Below are positions 1 through 10,451 of a DNA stretch of 64,000 bases, piece after piece. The notes under the pieces were generated by a model, which saw only the letters and a list, made by a program, of their open reading frames with translations, was not told where the DNA came from and did not search any database. The position numbers and the translations under genes were made by a program. Within the stretch, counting starts at the first letter, position 1. Every line of letters starts with the position of its first letter. This stretch comes from an uncultured delta proteobacterium (GTDB lineage Bacteria > Desulfobacterota > Binatia > HRBIN30 > BPIQ01): positions 352,001 to 416,000 of the forward strand of contig CAVXGR010000011.1 of assembly GCA_963761335.1 (NCBI GenBank), read 5' to 3'.

Positions 1-2
1 CC

Positions 3-638
3 TGCCCGGCCGGAGAGCGCCTGCGGGCCGCCGTCGAGGCCATGTGGCGGCGCGCCGCCGCCCCCGGAGAGTGGGGTGCCGCAGAGACCGATCTCGATCG
101 CGGCGTGCGCGCCGCTCTGGCTCGCCCGGGATCTCTTCCGGCGCTGCGCCGGCTGCGCCAGCAGCTCAAAGAGATCGCCGACGACGAGAGCGAGCGAGCC
201 CTCGCCAGGCTGGAGGAGCTGGCGGCGCAGCCGACGCGGCAGCGCGCCCCGATGCTCAGCTGGAACGAGGTGCGTACCCTGTCGCGGCGCGGCATCGAGA
301 TCGGCTCCCACACGGTCTCGCACGCCATTCTCTCCCGGCTGCCCACCGAACGCGCCGAGCGCGAGCTGCGCGCCTCCAAGGCGCGCATCGAGGCGGCCAT
401 CGACGCTCCCGTGCTCGGCTTCGCCTATCCCAACGGCGGTACCGGCGATTTTTCCGCCGATCACGTGGACATGCTGCGGCGCGGCGGATACCAGTACGCC
501 TGCACCACCGAATGGGGCGCCAATCAGGGCGGCGGAGATGCCTTCGGGCTGCGGCGCATCGGCATCGGCGACGACGCCCGGCCCCTTCTCGATCTGAAGC
601 TCGCCCTCGCGGGGTTTTCGCGATCATGTGCGGCATAG
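3..638 (+). CDS. Polysaccharide deacetylase (CE4/NodB-like), 5'-truncated by the window edge
   Basis: Motifs LSWNEV, EIGSHTVSH, FAYPNG; frame is open from position 3; stop overlaps the asnB start. Confidence 0.85.
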   Translation, partial: CPAGERLRAAVEAMWRRAAAPGEWGAAETDLDRGVRAALARPGSLPALRRLRQQLKEIADDESERALARLEELAAQPTRQRAPMLSWNEVRTLSRRGIEIGSHTVSHAILSRLPTERAERELRASKARIEAAIDAPVLGFAYPNGGTGDFSADHVDMLRRGGYQYACTTEWGANQGGGDAFGLRRIGIGDDARPLLDLKLALAGFSRSCAA

Positions 639-2530
639 CGGGAATATTCGCCCTCGGGTCGGCGCTGGTCCCGGAGGAGCCGCTACGGCGGATGAACGCC
701 GCCATGATCCATCGCGGCCCCGACGACGAGGGGCTCTTCTGCGACGGCCGCGCCGGGCTCGGCATGCGCCGCCTGAGCATCATCGGCCTCGCCAACGGCC
801 ACCAGCCGATCTTCAGCGAGGACGGCAGCGTCGTCGTGGTGATGAACGGCGAGATCTACAACTATCGCGAGCTGAAGCAGCAGCTGCAGGAGCGCGGCCA
901 CCGCTTCTCCACCGACAGCGACGGCGAGGTCGCCGTGCACCTCTACGAGGAGAAGGGCAGCGCCTTCGCCGAGGACCTGCGCGGCATGTTCGCCTTTGCC
1001 CTCTACGACCGCCTGCGCCGCACCCTCCTGCTGGTGCGCGATCGCCTCGGCAAGAAGCCCCTCTACTACGCGCGGCGCGGCGGCATCGTGCTCTTCGCCT
1101 CGGAGATCAAGGCGCTGCACGCCTCCGGCCTGCTGCCCAAGGCGATGAACCGCAAGGCGGTCGACACCTATCTGTCGCAGGGATACGTCGCCGGCGACGA
1201 GACGCTCTTCGAGCAGGTGTACCGGCTTCCCGCCGGCTGTCTCCTCTCGGTCAGCGGCGGCCGACTGGAGCGGCGGCGCTACTGGGACCTGCCGCGACCG
1301 GCGCCAGCGGTGGCGCCGTCGCCCACGGATGCGGCGCGCGCCGTGCGGCGCCTGCTGGAGGAGGCGGTCGCCGTGCGCTTGATGAGCGAGGTGCCACTCG
1401 GCGCTTTTCTCAGCGGCGGTATCGATTCGAGCGCGGTCGTGGGCGTGATGTCGCGTCAGCTCGACGCACCCGTGCAGACCTTCTCGGTGGGCTTCGACGA
1501 CGTCCAGCTCGACGAGCTGAGCGGCGCCCGTGAGCTGGCGCACCACTTCCACACCGATCACCACGAGGTGGTGGTGCGCTCCTGCGATCCGGAGCTGCTC
1601 CGGCAGATCAACTGGCACAGCGACGAGCCCGCCGCCGACCCGGCCGCGGTGCCCACCTTCTGCCTCTCGAAGTTCGCCCGACAGCGAGTCACCGTGGTAC
1701 TCACCGGCGAGGGGGGCGACGAGCTCTTCGCCGGCTATCGCCACTACCGCCAGCACCGCCGCCTCCTCGATCTCGAGCGCCGCCTTCCCGGCCTGCGCGC
1801 CGCCGCCCGCTCCGCCGCCGTCCTGGCCCCACAGCTCGGGCAGCTCGGGCAGCGGCGCTGGTGGAAGGCGCTGTGGCTGGCCGGGCTGCCGGCGACGCAG
1901 CTCTCGCGCGCCTGGTTGAGCGCCTTCACGGAGGCCGAGCTGCGGCGGCTCTACAACCCGGAGTTCGCCCGCGCCGATTGCAACGGGCATCAGGACGCCG
2001 CCTTCGCCCCGTATGAGGAAGAGGCACGCGAGCTGGATCCGGTGGCGCAGGCCATGTACCTCGACACCAAGCTGCACCTCGCCGACCAGCTGCTGATGAA
2101 GGTCGACAAGATGACCATGGCGGCGTCTCTCGAGGCGCGCTGTCCGTTCCTCGATCAGAAGCTGGTCGAGTACGTCGCGGCGCTGCCGACGGCGATGAAG
2201 CTGCCGGCGCGTGGCAGCAAGCTGATTCTGCGCGACGCGGTGCGCGACCTGTTGCCGGCCGCGGTGCTGTCGCGCCCCAAGCAGGGATTCGAGCCGCCGA
2301 TCCGGCGTTGGCTGCTCGGCGATCTCGCACCGCTGGCGGAGGAGGTTCTCCTGCACAGCGCCGCGGCGCTCGGCGAGATTCTCGATCTCGCCGCGGTGCG
2401 CTCGCTGTGGGCGTCGCTGCGCCAGCGCAGCGACGACGTGCTGGCGCGCCAGTGCTGGATCCTTTTGAACCTGGCCACCTGGCAGCAGCTTCACTGGCAG
2501 GAGCCGGAGAGGACGGCCGCGTGTCTGTGA
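626..2530 (+). CDS. asnB: Asparagine synthase (glutamine-hydrolysing) family amidotransferase, glycan-cluster type
   Basis: N-terminal MCGIAG (Ntn Cys), HRGPD, RRLSII, NGEIYN, FLSGGIDSS, TGEGGDELFAGY, SLEARCPFLD, RPKQGF; ATG at 626. Confidence 0.93.
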   Translation: MCGIAGIFALGSALVPEEPLRRMNAAMIHRGPDDEGLFCDGRAGLGMRRLSIIGLANGHQPIFSEDGSVVVVMNGEIYNYRELKQQLQERGHRFSTDSDGEVAVHLYEEKGSAFAEDLRGMFAFALYDRLRRTLLLVRDRLGKKPLYYARRGGIVLFASEIKALHASGLLPKAMNRKAVDTYLSQGYVAGDETLFEQVYRLPAGCLLSVSGGRLERRRYWDLPRPAPAVAPSPTDAARAVRRLLEEAVAVRLMSEVPLGAFLSGGIDSSAVVGVMSRQLDAPVQTFSVGFDDVQLDELSGARELAHHFHTDHHEVVVRSCDPELLRQINWHSDEPAADPAAVPTFCLSKFARQRVTVVLTGEGGDELFAGYRHYRQHRRLLDLERRLPGLRAAARSAAVLAPQLGQLGQRRWWKALWLAGLPATQLSRAWLSAFTEAELRRLYNPEFARADCNGHQDAAFAPYEEEARELDPVAQAMYLDTKLHLADQLLMKVDKMTMAASLEARCPFLDQKLVEYVAALPTAMKLPARGSKLILRDAVRDLLPAAVLSRPKQGFEPPIRRWLLGDLAPLAEEVLLHSAAALGEILDLAAVRSLWASLRQRSDDVLARQCWILLNLATWQQLHWQEPERTAACL

Positions 2531-3681
2531 GCGCCGCCATATCCGTCGCCGCACCGATCACGGCTCGGCGCCGCGTGCTGTTCGCGATCACCAGCAGCGA
2601 CTTCGGGGGAACGGAGAGCGCGCTGCGCGAGCTGGTGCTGCGCCTCGACCCCGGCGAGTTCGAGATCGCCGTCTGCTCACTGCGCCCGCGGGGACGCATT
2701 GCCGACGAGCTGGCGGACCACGGCGTTGCGGTCCTCAGCCTCGACATGGACGAGCGGCCGCAAACGCGAGAGCTCATCGACGGCATCCGCCGCATGACGG
2801 CATTGATGAACGAGCTCGACGTCGATCTGGTGCATTCCTTCCTCTATCGCGCCAACGTGCTCTCGCGCCTGAGCGCGCAGCTCGCCCACCGCCGGCCGAT
2901 CGTGGTCTCCAGCCAGCGGAGCCTGCACCCCACCGGCGATCGATTGTCAAAGCTGGCCAGCCGCTGGACGCAGCGCCTCTCCGATCGGGTGATCGCCGTC
3001 TCCGAAGCGGTTCGCCGGGAGGTGATCCGCGCCGAGGGACTGCCGGCCGAGCAGGTCGTCGTCATCGGCAACGGCGTCGACGTCGAGCGCTACGGCAAGG
3101 CCCTGCCGCTGATGGCGCGCAGCGAGCTGCGGCTGCAGCCGGGCTCCATCCTGGTGGGCGGCGTCGGACGCCTGTCCCCGGAGAAGGGATTTCCCGATCT
3201 GCTCGAGGCCGTGGCCCTGGCGCGGAGCGCCGGCGTGCCGGTGGAGCTGCTCCTCGCCGGCAGCGGTCCAGCAGAGGATCGGCTGCGCCAGCGGAGCCGC
3301 GAGCTGGCGCTCGACGTCCGCTTTCTCGGAGCACGTCGCGACGCCCAGCGCATCTATCCGCTGCTGGACATCTTCGCCCTGCCATCACTGCAGGAAGGCG
3401 CTCCCAACGCCCTCCTCGAGGCGATGGCGGCGGCGCGCCCGATCGCCGCCACTGCGGTGGGCGGCGTCCCGGAGATGATCGAGCACGAGCACAGCGGCCT
3501 GCTGGTGCCGCCGCGGCAGCCGCACGCTCTCGCCGCGGCGCTGGCACGCCTCGCCGGCGATGCGGCGCTGCGGCAGCGACTCGGCAGCGAGGCCAGCCGC
3601 CGCGCCCGAGAGCACTTCGACATCACCGGCGTGGTCGAGCAGCACGCGGCGCTGTACCGCTCGCTGCTGGTGGGGAGATAG
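2521..3681 (+). CDS. GT4 family glycosyltransferase
   Basis: GGTE near N-terminus, IGNGVD, VGRLSPEKG, EGAPNALLEAMA, VGGVPEMI; start GTG at 2521 or 2527, overlapping the asnB stop. Confidence 0.9.
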   Translation: MSVSAAISVAAPITARRRVLFAITSSDFGGTESALRELVLRLDPGEFEIAVCSLRPRGRIADELADHGVAVLSLDMDERPQTRELIDGIRRMTALMNELDVDLVHSFLYRANVLSRLSAQLAHRRPIVVSSQRSLHPTGDRLSKLASRWTQRLSDRVIAVSEAVRREVIRAEGLPAEQVVVIGNGVDVERYGKALPLMARSELRLQPGSILVGGVGRLSPEKGFPDLLEAVALARSAGVPVELLLAGSGPAEDRLRQRSRELALDVRFLGARRDAQRIYPLLDIFALPSLQEGAPNALLEAMAAARPIAATAVGGVPEMIEHEHSGLLVPPRQPHALAAALARLAGDAALRQRLGSEASRRAREHFDITGVVEQHAALYRSLLVGR

Positions 3682-3704
3682 AGATGGAGCAGCTGCCGCG
3701 GTGC

Positions 3705-5774
3705 TCAAGGTCCGAGCGGCGTGACCGACTGGAGAAACGGCACCGGCGGTGCGACGGAGGTGGCGAACTGATGCGCGCCGATGTCCCACGGGCCCGACGA
3801 TGGCCGGGAGTGGCCGAAGTAGTCGGTGGCGAACTGGCTCGACCAGAGATTCTGGCCGGCTCCGCGGGCGACGCTGTCGCCGGAGAGCAGCTCCAGGCTC
3901 GCCGGGTCGACGCCGGCGGCATTGACGACCAGCGGGGCGGTGCCCCAGCGATCGCCGGCACCGCTTCCCGGGCCGAACCATTCTCCGAGAGCGCCACGGC
4001 TCTGAAGGGACGCCACACCGGCGGCGGTGTCGTCGAGCGGATTCGGGCCACTCGTGGTCTTCGGCGTCGGACAGGCGCCATAGGCGCCGGCGGCAATGCC
4101 GGGTCCGCACTGCTCGGGGCAGCTGGTCGGCCCGGAGTTCCACAGCGCCGTGGCACTGGGATCGGCGCTCACCACGACGTTGTTCTGCCAGAGAGCGGTC
4201 GGTTGCGTCGACAGCGGCGAGAGCTTGATCACCGACCACCCGGTGGAGGGCGCGGTGTCGCTGCGGAAGATGTTGTTCACGAAGCGATAGCCGTCGTATC
4301 CGGTCTCCTCGATCATCACGTAGCCGATGCCGCCCGTCTTCCAGAAGGTGTTGTTGTAGAGCCAGACGTTCTGGCCGCAGTTGTACTGCTCGATCACGTA
4401 GAAGTAGTCGCCGACGCCGTAGGAGTTGCGCACCGTGATGTTGCGGCCGCCGACCGGCTTCATGCCCGACGCCTTGTTGTAGTGCGAGTTGAACGGGTTG
4501 CGCGGAAAGGTGGCGCTGTCGCGGTGGAAGTAGACGCGGTCCAAGGTGACGCCGTCGGTCTGGTACGTGTAGGAGGTGCCGAACTCGATGTCGCCCTCGC
4601 CGTTGTCGTGAATCTCGCTGTCGGTGAAGGTGGTGTTCTTGCAGCCGTGGAACTTCACCCCGTCGACGTTGTCGCAGCGCTGGCTGTCGGGGTAGGTGAA
4701 GCAGTCGGTGCAGGTGCCGGCGCCCGCGCCGGTACAGCAGGCATCGGGAGCTCCGGCGGCGGCGCAGCTGGCATTCGGGCTGGTGCACGAGCCGCTGCCA
4801 TTGCCGGTGCAGCACTTCGCCGGGACACCGGCGGCAGTGCACTGATCGTTGCGGGCCGAGATGAAGTTGGTCCTGGGGTTGTCGAAGATCTGAACCTTGG
4901 AGACGTCGACGTTCTCGGCGCAGCCGATGACGAGACCGCCCGGCGCGCCGGCGGTGGAGTCGCGGGCGTTGTCGTCGAACTGCGAGTTGGTGACGGTGAC
5001 GCCGGCGGTGTTGCGCTTGGTGAAGCTGCAATCGCCGTCGAAGCCCGAGGTGCAGACGCCGCCGCCCGGGCAGGGAGTGGACGCGGAGCAGAAGGAGCCC
5101 GGGGTGCTACCGCCGCTGCACTGCGAGTGGCGCCAGTTGTAGATGCCGATGATCATTCCGCCGCTGGCATTGCCGGTGACGCGCACGTGGTCGACGACCA
5201 GTCCGCTCGTGCCCGGACCGCCGTAGAGCTCGGCGCCGCCGCGCAGATCCGGGCTCACCAGCGGCGCGTTGGCGAGCGTCAGATCGCGAATGGTGAAGTT
5301 GCTGATAGTGGCCACTTCCGGGTTGGGATAGTTGCCGCTGTACCCCAGCGGCACCAGCGAGTGCCCGCCGCAAGGCAGGTTCCATCGCGCCGGATCGTTG
5401 TTGCCGGCGTCAATGACGACGCTGCTGAAATCGGCGATTCCCGCGTCGCCGGCCGAGCGCCCTTCGTAGGTCACGCCGCTCTGTGCGACGACGCAGTTGT
5501 AGACGCTGTTCACCGACCCCTTGTAGGTCCCCGGCGCGAAACGCACCACATCGCCGGCAGTCAGAGCCTGGCGACGAGATTGGTTCCAATATTGCAGGGT
5601 CGCACAGGGATGAGCGGATGGGTGCGTCCCTTTTCCGGTTCCGCAGTCGGCGTCGTCGAGTGGCGTCGATCCTGCGAATGCGCCGATGTAATAGGTCGCC
5701 GCCGGCGCCGCGGTGGCGGCGCCGAGGAGTGCCGCGGTGATCAGGACCAGCAATTGCCTTCGAGCTGCGAGCAT
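3705..5774 (-). CDS. Secreted right-handed beta-helix (pectin-lyase-like) protein with Cys-rich inserts
   Basis: Signal peptide ending APA-ATYYI; AGDVVRFAPGTY, NITVRNS, YNNTF, FVNNIF; C-terminal DYFG..R..GPWDIGAHQ sorting-like motif. Confidence 0.75.
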   Translation of the reverse strand: MLAARRQLLVLITAALLGAATAAPAATYYIGAFAGSTPLDDADCGTGKGTHPSAHPCATLQYWNQSRRQALTAGDVVRFAPGTYKGSVNSVYNCVVAQSGVTYEGRSAGDAGIADFSSVVIDAGNNDPARWNLPCGGHSLVPLGYSGNYPNPEVATISNFTIRDLTLANAPLVSPDLRGGAELYGGPGTSGLVVDHVRVTGNASGGMIIGIYNWRHSQCSGGSTPGSFCSASTPCPGGGVCTSGFDGDCSFTKRNTAGVTVTNSQFDDNARDSTAGAPGGLVIGCAENVDVSKVQIFDNPRTNFISARNDQCTAAGVPAKCCTGNGSGSCTSPNASCAAAGAPDACCTGAGAGTCTDCFTYPDSQRCDNVDGVKFHGCKNTTFTDSEIHDNGEGDIEFGTSYTYQTDGVTLDRVYFHRDSATFPRNPFNSHYNKASGMKPVGGRNITVRNSYGVGDYFYVIEQYNCGQNVWLYNNTFWKTGGIGYVMIEETGYDGYRFVNNIFRSDTAPSTGWSVIKLSPLSTQPTALWQNNVVVSADPSATALWNSGPTSCPEQCGPGIAAGAYGACPTPKTTSGPNPLDDTAAGVASLQSRGALGEWFGPGSGAGDRWGTAPLVVNAAGVDPASLELLSGDSVARGAGQNLWSSQFATDYFGHSRPSSGPWDIGAHQFATSVAPPVPFLQSVTPLGP

Positions 5775-5935
5775 GTCTTCATTTCCAGCAACTTGTATAC
5801 CGCTTCGATTCCGCACAGCCGAGCGCATCGCACCTCGCAGGTCAGGCAGCGCCCGGCGCCGCGCAAGCCTCTTTGCAGCGAGGCGCCCGTGCCACCGCGC
5901 TGGGAAAATTCGCTCCGCATCGACTGGAGAATCTC

Positions 5936-7186
5936 ATGCGACTGCTGCTGATCGCGCCCGAGTTCCCGCCATCGGTGGGGGGCATGGCAACCAACGCCGC
6001 GCGCCTGTCGGCGCTACTTTCGGTGCGGGGTCACGAGGTGCGCGTGCTCACCGAGCGGCAGAATTCCGCGGACCGGGCCGCACAGCGACACGCTGTCGTC
6101 ACCCCGTGCCTGAGAGGGCGTTACGCCGCCGACGTGCGGCGCATCCGGCGGGAGATGGGAAAGTGGGCCGCCGACGCCGTGCTCCTTGGCAACGCGGGTT
6201 TTGCCCGCCTGGCGCTCGAGACGCGAGTACCCGTGGTGGCGCGCACGGTGGGCAACGACGTCTACAGCGCCTGGATCGGGCCGGCGCTGCCGCTCCGCTT
6301 TCTCGCCTGGCGGCTGCCCGGTCCGTTGGGCGCGCGCCTACGCGCTCTCGACCAGCAGCGCCGCACCGCCCTGATCGCCGGCGGGCTGCGCCGCTGCGAG
6401 GCCGTCATGTGCAACAGTGCTTACACGCGCGCGCGTCTCGCCGAGATGGGATTGCCGCCGCAGATCCTGCACGTCGTGCCCGGGGGGGTCGACACCGACG
6501 CCTTTCGACCGGCGGAACCGGCGCGCCGCGGTGGCGAGCCCGACAGCGAGATCATCCTCGGTGCCGCCGGCAATCTGAAGCCGATCAAGGGGTTCCACCT
6601 GGCCATCGAGGCGCTGGCGCGGCTGGCCGGAGAATGGCCAGGCCTCTCCTTGCTCATCGCGGGCGAGGGCGGCGAACGCCCGGCCCTCGAACGGCGCGCC
6701 GCCGAGCTCGGGATCGGCGACCGCGTCCGCCTTCTCGGCGATCTGTCTCTGGAAGAGATGCCGGCCTTCTATCGCCGCCTGGATCTCTATCTCCAGCCTT
6801 CGGTGCCGATTCACCAGGCACAGTCTGGAGTGCGGCTCGAGGAGTCGATGGGGCGCGCCCTCGCCGAGGCGCAGGCCAGTGGCCTCCCGGTGATCGGCAG
6901 CCGCAGCGGCGGCATCCCCGAGATGGTCGACGACGGGAATAGCGGCCTGATCGTGGAACACGGGGACGCCGGCGCCCTCGCTGCCGCCATCAACAGCCTC
7001 CTGCGCCAGCCGGATCTCCGGGCGCGCATGGGCGCCGCGGCGCGCTCGCGCGCCGTCGAACACTTTTCCTGGGAGGCCGTGGTCGCGGTTACGGAGGCGC
7101 TGCTCACCGAAGCGGTGCGGCGTCACCGGCAAACATCGGCCACCGGCGTGCCTCTCGCCGGAACGGTAGCGGAGCACTCGCGATGA
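5936..7186 (+). CDS. GT4 family glycosyltransferase
   Basis: EFPPSVGGM, PGGVD, KGF, ESMGRALAEAQASGLPVI, GGIPEMV, FSW. Confidence 0.9.
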   Translation: MRLLLIAPEFPPSVGGMATNAARLSALLSVRGHEVRVLTERQNSADRAAQRHAVVTPCLRGRYAADVRRIRREMGKWAADAVLLGNAGFARLALETRVPVVARTVGNDVYSAWIGPALPLRFLAWRLPGPLGARLRALDQQRRTALIAGGLRRCEAVMCNSAYTRARLAEMGLPPQILHVVPGGVDTDAFRPAEPARRGGEPDSEIILGAAGNLKPIKGFHLAIEALARLAGEWPGLSLLIAGEGGERPALERRAAELGIGDRVRLLGDLSLEEMPAFYRRLDLYLQPSVPIHQAQSGVRLEESMGRALAEAQASGLPVIGSRSGGIPEMVDDGNSGLIVEHGDAGALAAAINSLLRQPDLRARMGAAARSRAVEHFSWEAVVAVTEALLTEAVRRHRQTSATGVPLAGTVAEHSR

Positions 7187-8604
7187 GATCCTGGCATTTC
7201 TTCAAGTGGCGTCTGCTGGCGCGCTCCGACGGGTTCCCCGACTTCGGCGTCTATCGACGCCTGATGCGACAGCAGCAGATGGACGCCGAGCAGCTCGCCG
7301 GGCTGCGCCGCGAGAAGACGCAGCGTCTGGTGCGAGAGTGCCTGCGCAACATCCCCTACTACGGCGAGCTCATGCGGGCCGCCGGCATCGAAGCGGAGGA
7401 GGTGCGCGGCCCGGAGGATCTCGGCGTCCTGCCAATTCTCGACAAGGAGACCGTGCGGCGCGAGAGCGCTCGCATGCTCAATCGCGCCGCGCCGCCGTCG
7501 AGCTATTTCCCGCACAACAGCGGCGGCTCGACCGGCATGCCGCTCGATTTCTACCGGGGCTGGGAATACACCAAGATCGCCGGCGCCGCCGCCAACATGC
7601 GCTCCTTCGCCACCATGGGCTGGAAGCCGGGCGACATGCTGGTGCGCTTCTGGGCGCCGCGGGAGGACGAGACTCCTCCCCGCGGCCTGCTCGGCCAGGC
7701 GCGCCGCCGCATGCGGCGCTGGCTCGAGCCGCCCGAGATCCTCTTCAGCTCCTACCAGACGACGCCGCGCGACATGGAGGGATGGCTGCAAACTCTCATC
7801 GCGGTGCGTCCCCGCTTCTTCTATGGATACGCCTCGAACCTGATCCTGTTCGCCGATTTCCTCACCGAGCGCGGTGTCCGGGTCGACTGCGTGGAGGGGA
7901 TCGCCTCCACCGGCGACGCCCTCTTTCCGCGCGATCGGCAGCGACTTCAGAGCTGCTTTCCGCGCGCCACCATCATCGACATCTACGGCAGCCGCGAGGT
8001 GCCGGGGATCGCCTCCGAATGCCGGCACGGCACCATGCACGTCAACGCCGATCTGGTGCACGTCGACTACGAGCCGACCTCCGAGGAGCCGGGACGCCAG
8101 CGGCTGATCGTCACCGCCCTCGACAACCTGATCTTTCCGTTCATCCGCTACGACATCGGCGACTTCGGAGCGCCGCAGCGTGACCGCTGCGCATGCGGGC
8201 TCGCCTTCCCGGCGATGGAATGGGGCTTCGGCAAGGTGCTCGACTCGTTCCTCACTCCGGAGGGAACACTGGTCACCGGCGGCGTCTTCGAGGACCTGAT
8301 GCACCATGTCTCCGGCGTGCACGCCTATCAGTTCCGGCAGAAGACGGTCACCGACATCCGCCTCTACGTGGTTCCCTCCGCGGAGTTTGGCGAGGAGACG
8401 CGCCACCACCTGCGCCGCGTCGAGACGCAGATCCCCGCGATGTTCAGTCCGCGCGCCCGACTCGGCGTCGAGATCGTCGACGCCATTCCGCCGACGCCGG
8501 CGGGCAAGCACCAGATCGTGGTCTCGGAGCTCAGACGAGGCGCGCCGGCGGCCCTCGTCAACCAGGAGACGGGTGTGGCCAGGCTGGCCGCGGTCCGTGG
8601 GTGA
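7183..8604 (+). CDS. Phenylacetate-CoA ligase/CapK-like adenylating enzyme
   Basis: PYY, LPILDK, SGGSTG P-loop, YGSRE, PFIRYDIGD, IPPTPAGK. Confidence 0.85.
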   Translation: MRSWHFFKWRLLARSDGFPDFGVYRRLMRQQQMDAEQLAGLRREKTQRLVRECLRNIPYYGELMRAAGIEAEEVRGPEDLGVLPILDKETVRRESARMLNRAAPPSSYFPHNSGGSTGMPLDFYRGWEYTKIAGAAANMRSFATMGWKPGDMLVRFWAPREDETPPRGLLGQARRRMRRWLEPPEILFSSYQTTPRDMEGWLQTLIAVRPRFFYGYASNLILFADFLTERGVRVDCVEGIASTGDALFPRDRQRLQSCFPRATIIDIYGSREVPGIASECRHGTMHVNADLVHVDYEPTSEEPGRQRLIVTALDNLIFPFIRYDIGDFGAPQRDRCACGLAFPAMEWGFGKVLDSFLTPEGTLVTGGVFEDLMHHVSGVHAYQFRQKTVTDIRLYVVPSAEFGEETRHHLRRVETQIPAMFSPRARLGVEIVDAIPPTPAGKHQIVVSELRRGAPAALVNQETGVARLAAVRG

Positions 8605-8614
8605 AGCTCGGGCG

Positions 8615-9514
8615 ATGCAAGCTCTCACACTGGTCGAAGGACGGGCGGCGGCACCTGCACCAGCGGCGGCGCCGACGCTGCTCGAATACCTGCACGCCTG
8701 CCCGATCTGCGACAATCGCGACCTGCGCCACTACTGCCGAGTGCCGTCTCTGTTCAACGCCGGGGAGTTCATCCGCTACGAGCGCTGCACCGGCTGCGGC
8801 ACGGTGTTGCGCAACCCGCGCACGCCCGCGACCCTGCGGCTCGACAAGTACGAGCGGCGGCCACCGCGGCCCGAAGAGCTGGAGCTCGATCCCCTCAACC
8901 AGATCTACTACCGCTTCATGAGCCGCATTCTGCGTCGAATGGAATCTCCGCAGAGCCGCCACCGGCTCCTCGACTTCGGCTGCGGCGCCGGCGGCTTCCT
9001 GGTCGAGGCGCGCGCCGCCGGCTTCGACGTCATGGGACTGGAGCTCAACCGCGGCTTGGCCGCACACGTCACCGGCACCCACGGCATCCGCGTGTTCCAG
9101 GGGCTGATCGACGACGCGGAGCTCGCCGCCGAGCGCTTCGACGTCATCATCTCCTCGGAGGTCTTCGAGCACCTCCTCGATCCGCGCGAGACCCTGCGAC
9201 AGCTGCGGGCACGCCTGCGGCGCCCCGGGCTGGCGCTCATCGAGGTGCCGAACCTCCTCCACGTTCGCGAGCGCCTGCGGCGCGGCTCGACCATGGACGA
9301 TGCCCATCTCTTCTACTTCAGCGCCCGCAGCCTGACGCGGCTGCTCGGCGATGCGGGACTGCGCGTCGTCGATGTGCACCAGGGGCTGCGGCCGCATCGC
9401 ATCCTGCGCCGCTATGCGCGCTTCCTGCCCCTCGGCCTGTTCGCCACCGCCTCGAAGGCGACGGCGCTGCTGCGCCTGCGCACCGGCCTGAGTGTCATCG
9501 CCCGCCTCGACTGA
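8615..9514 (+). CDS. Class I SAM-dependent methyltransferase with N-terminal Zn-binding region
   Basis: CPIC...CTGC, LLDFGCGAG, FDVI, EVFEHL, IEVPN. Confidence 0.85.
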   Translation: MQALTLVEGRAAAPAPAAAPTLLEYLHACPICDNRDLRHYCRVPSLFNAGEFIRYERCTGCGTVLRNPRTPATLRLDKYERRPPRPEELELDPLNQIYYRFMSRILRRMESPQSRHRLLDFGCGAGGFLVEARAAGFDVMGLELNRGLAAHVTGTHGIRVFQGLIDDAELAAERFDVIISSEVFEHLLDPRETLRQLRARLRRPGLALIEVPNLLHVRERLRRGSTMDDAHLFYFSARSLTRLLGDAGLRVVDVHQGLRPHRILRRYARFLPLGLFATASKATALLRLRTGLSVIARLD

Positions 9515-9521
9515 AAGGACC

Positions 9522-10439
9522 ATGCTCGACTATCCGAAAAAGCTCGTCGTCAACCAGATCCTGGGAGTGGCGCCGGTGCGGCGCCTGCTCGATCGACTGA
9601 GTGCGCGGCCTTCGCTGGCACCGGTGCGGCGCGACCCCGGCGACATCTGGAGCGACCCCTTCCACCCCGAGCTGGCCCTGCGCAAGTTCCGCCGCGTGCA
9701 GTCGGTGCTCGCCGACGAGAATTGCTGTCGCGACCGCACGGTGGTCGAGATCGGTCCGGGCATGAGCCTGGGAATGGGCATCGTTGCCATCGCCCTGGGA
9801 GCGCGCCGCTGCGTGCTCGCCGACTGCGATCGCTATCTGACGCGTGACCCGCGCAGCGCCGCCGCGCACCGAGCCCTGCTCGATCTGCTGCCCACCTGGA
9901 TTCCCGACGCCGACGAACGCTATCGGCACTGCGTGCGCATCGACGGCGACCAGGTGCTGCCAGACGGCGACCTCCTGAGCTACGTGATCGCCCCCGCGGA
10001 ACGGCTGCCTCTGGCGAGCGGTGCCGTCGATCTGATCGTCTCCCACTCGACGCTCGAGCACATCGTCGACGTCGACGCCGCGATCGCCGAGCTCGCCCGG
10101 ATCACGGCTCCCGGAGGGCGCGGCGTGCACCAGGTGGACCTGCGCGATCACCTCGACGCGGCACAGCCGCTGCGCATGCTGCAGTACTCGCCGCGCGCCT
10201 GGAACCTGATCGCCAGCCATCGACGCGGCTGGAGCAACCGCCTCCGGCTTCCGGATTACCACGCCGGCTTCGAGCGCCACGGCTTCGCCGTCGAGAGGAT
10301 GGAGGTCACCGAGTCACTTCCTGCCGGCGAGCTCGAGGAAATGCGCGCCCGCCTGCAGCCGGAGTTTCGCCGCCTGTCTGCCGAGGCGCTTCAGGCACTG
10401 GGCTTTCGCTGCGCCGTGCGCAAGCGGGTGGCCTCCTGA
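9522..10439 (+). CDS. Class I SAM-dependent methyltransferase
   Basis: VVEIGPG, VDLIVSHSTLEHI, HQVDLRDH, NRLR; AAGGA upstream of ATG 9522. Confidence 0.85.
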   Translation: MLDYPKKLVVNQILGVAPVRRLLDRLSARPSLAPVRRDPGDIWSDPFHPELALRKFRRVQSVLADENCCRDRTVVEIGPGMSLGMGIVAIALGARRCVLADCDRYLTRDPRSAAAHRALLDLLPTWIPDADERYRHCVRIDGDQVLPDGDLLSYVIAPAERLPLASGAVDLIVSHSTLEHIVDVDAAIAELARITAPGGRGVHQVDLRDHLDAAQPLRMLQYSPRAWNLIASHRRGWSNRLRLPDYHAGFERHGFAVERMEVTESLPAGELEEMRARLQPEFRRLSAEALQALGFRCAVRKRVAS

Positions 10440-10451
10440 GGAGCGGCTCCG

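Noticed and set aside
44..625. Long N-terminal extensions of asnB and similar ORFs (46362 thiolase, 51977 murU, 54877 nuoJ)
   Set aside because: Open-frame artefacts of high GC; conserved N-termini define later starts
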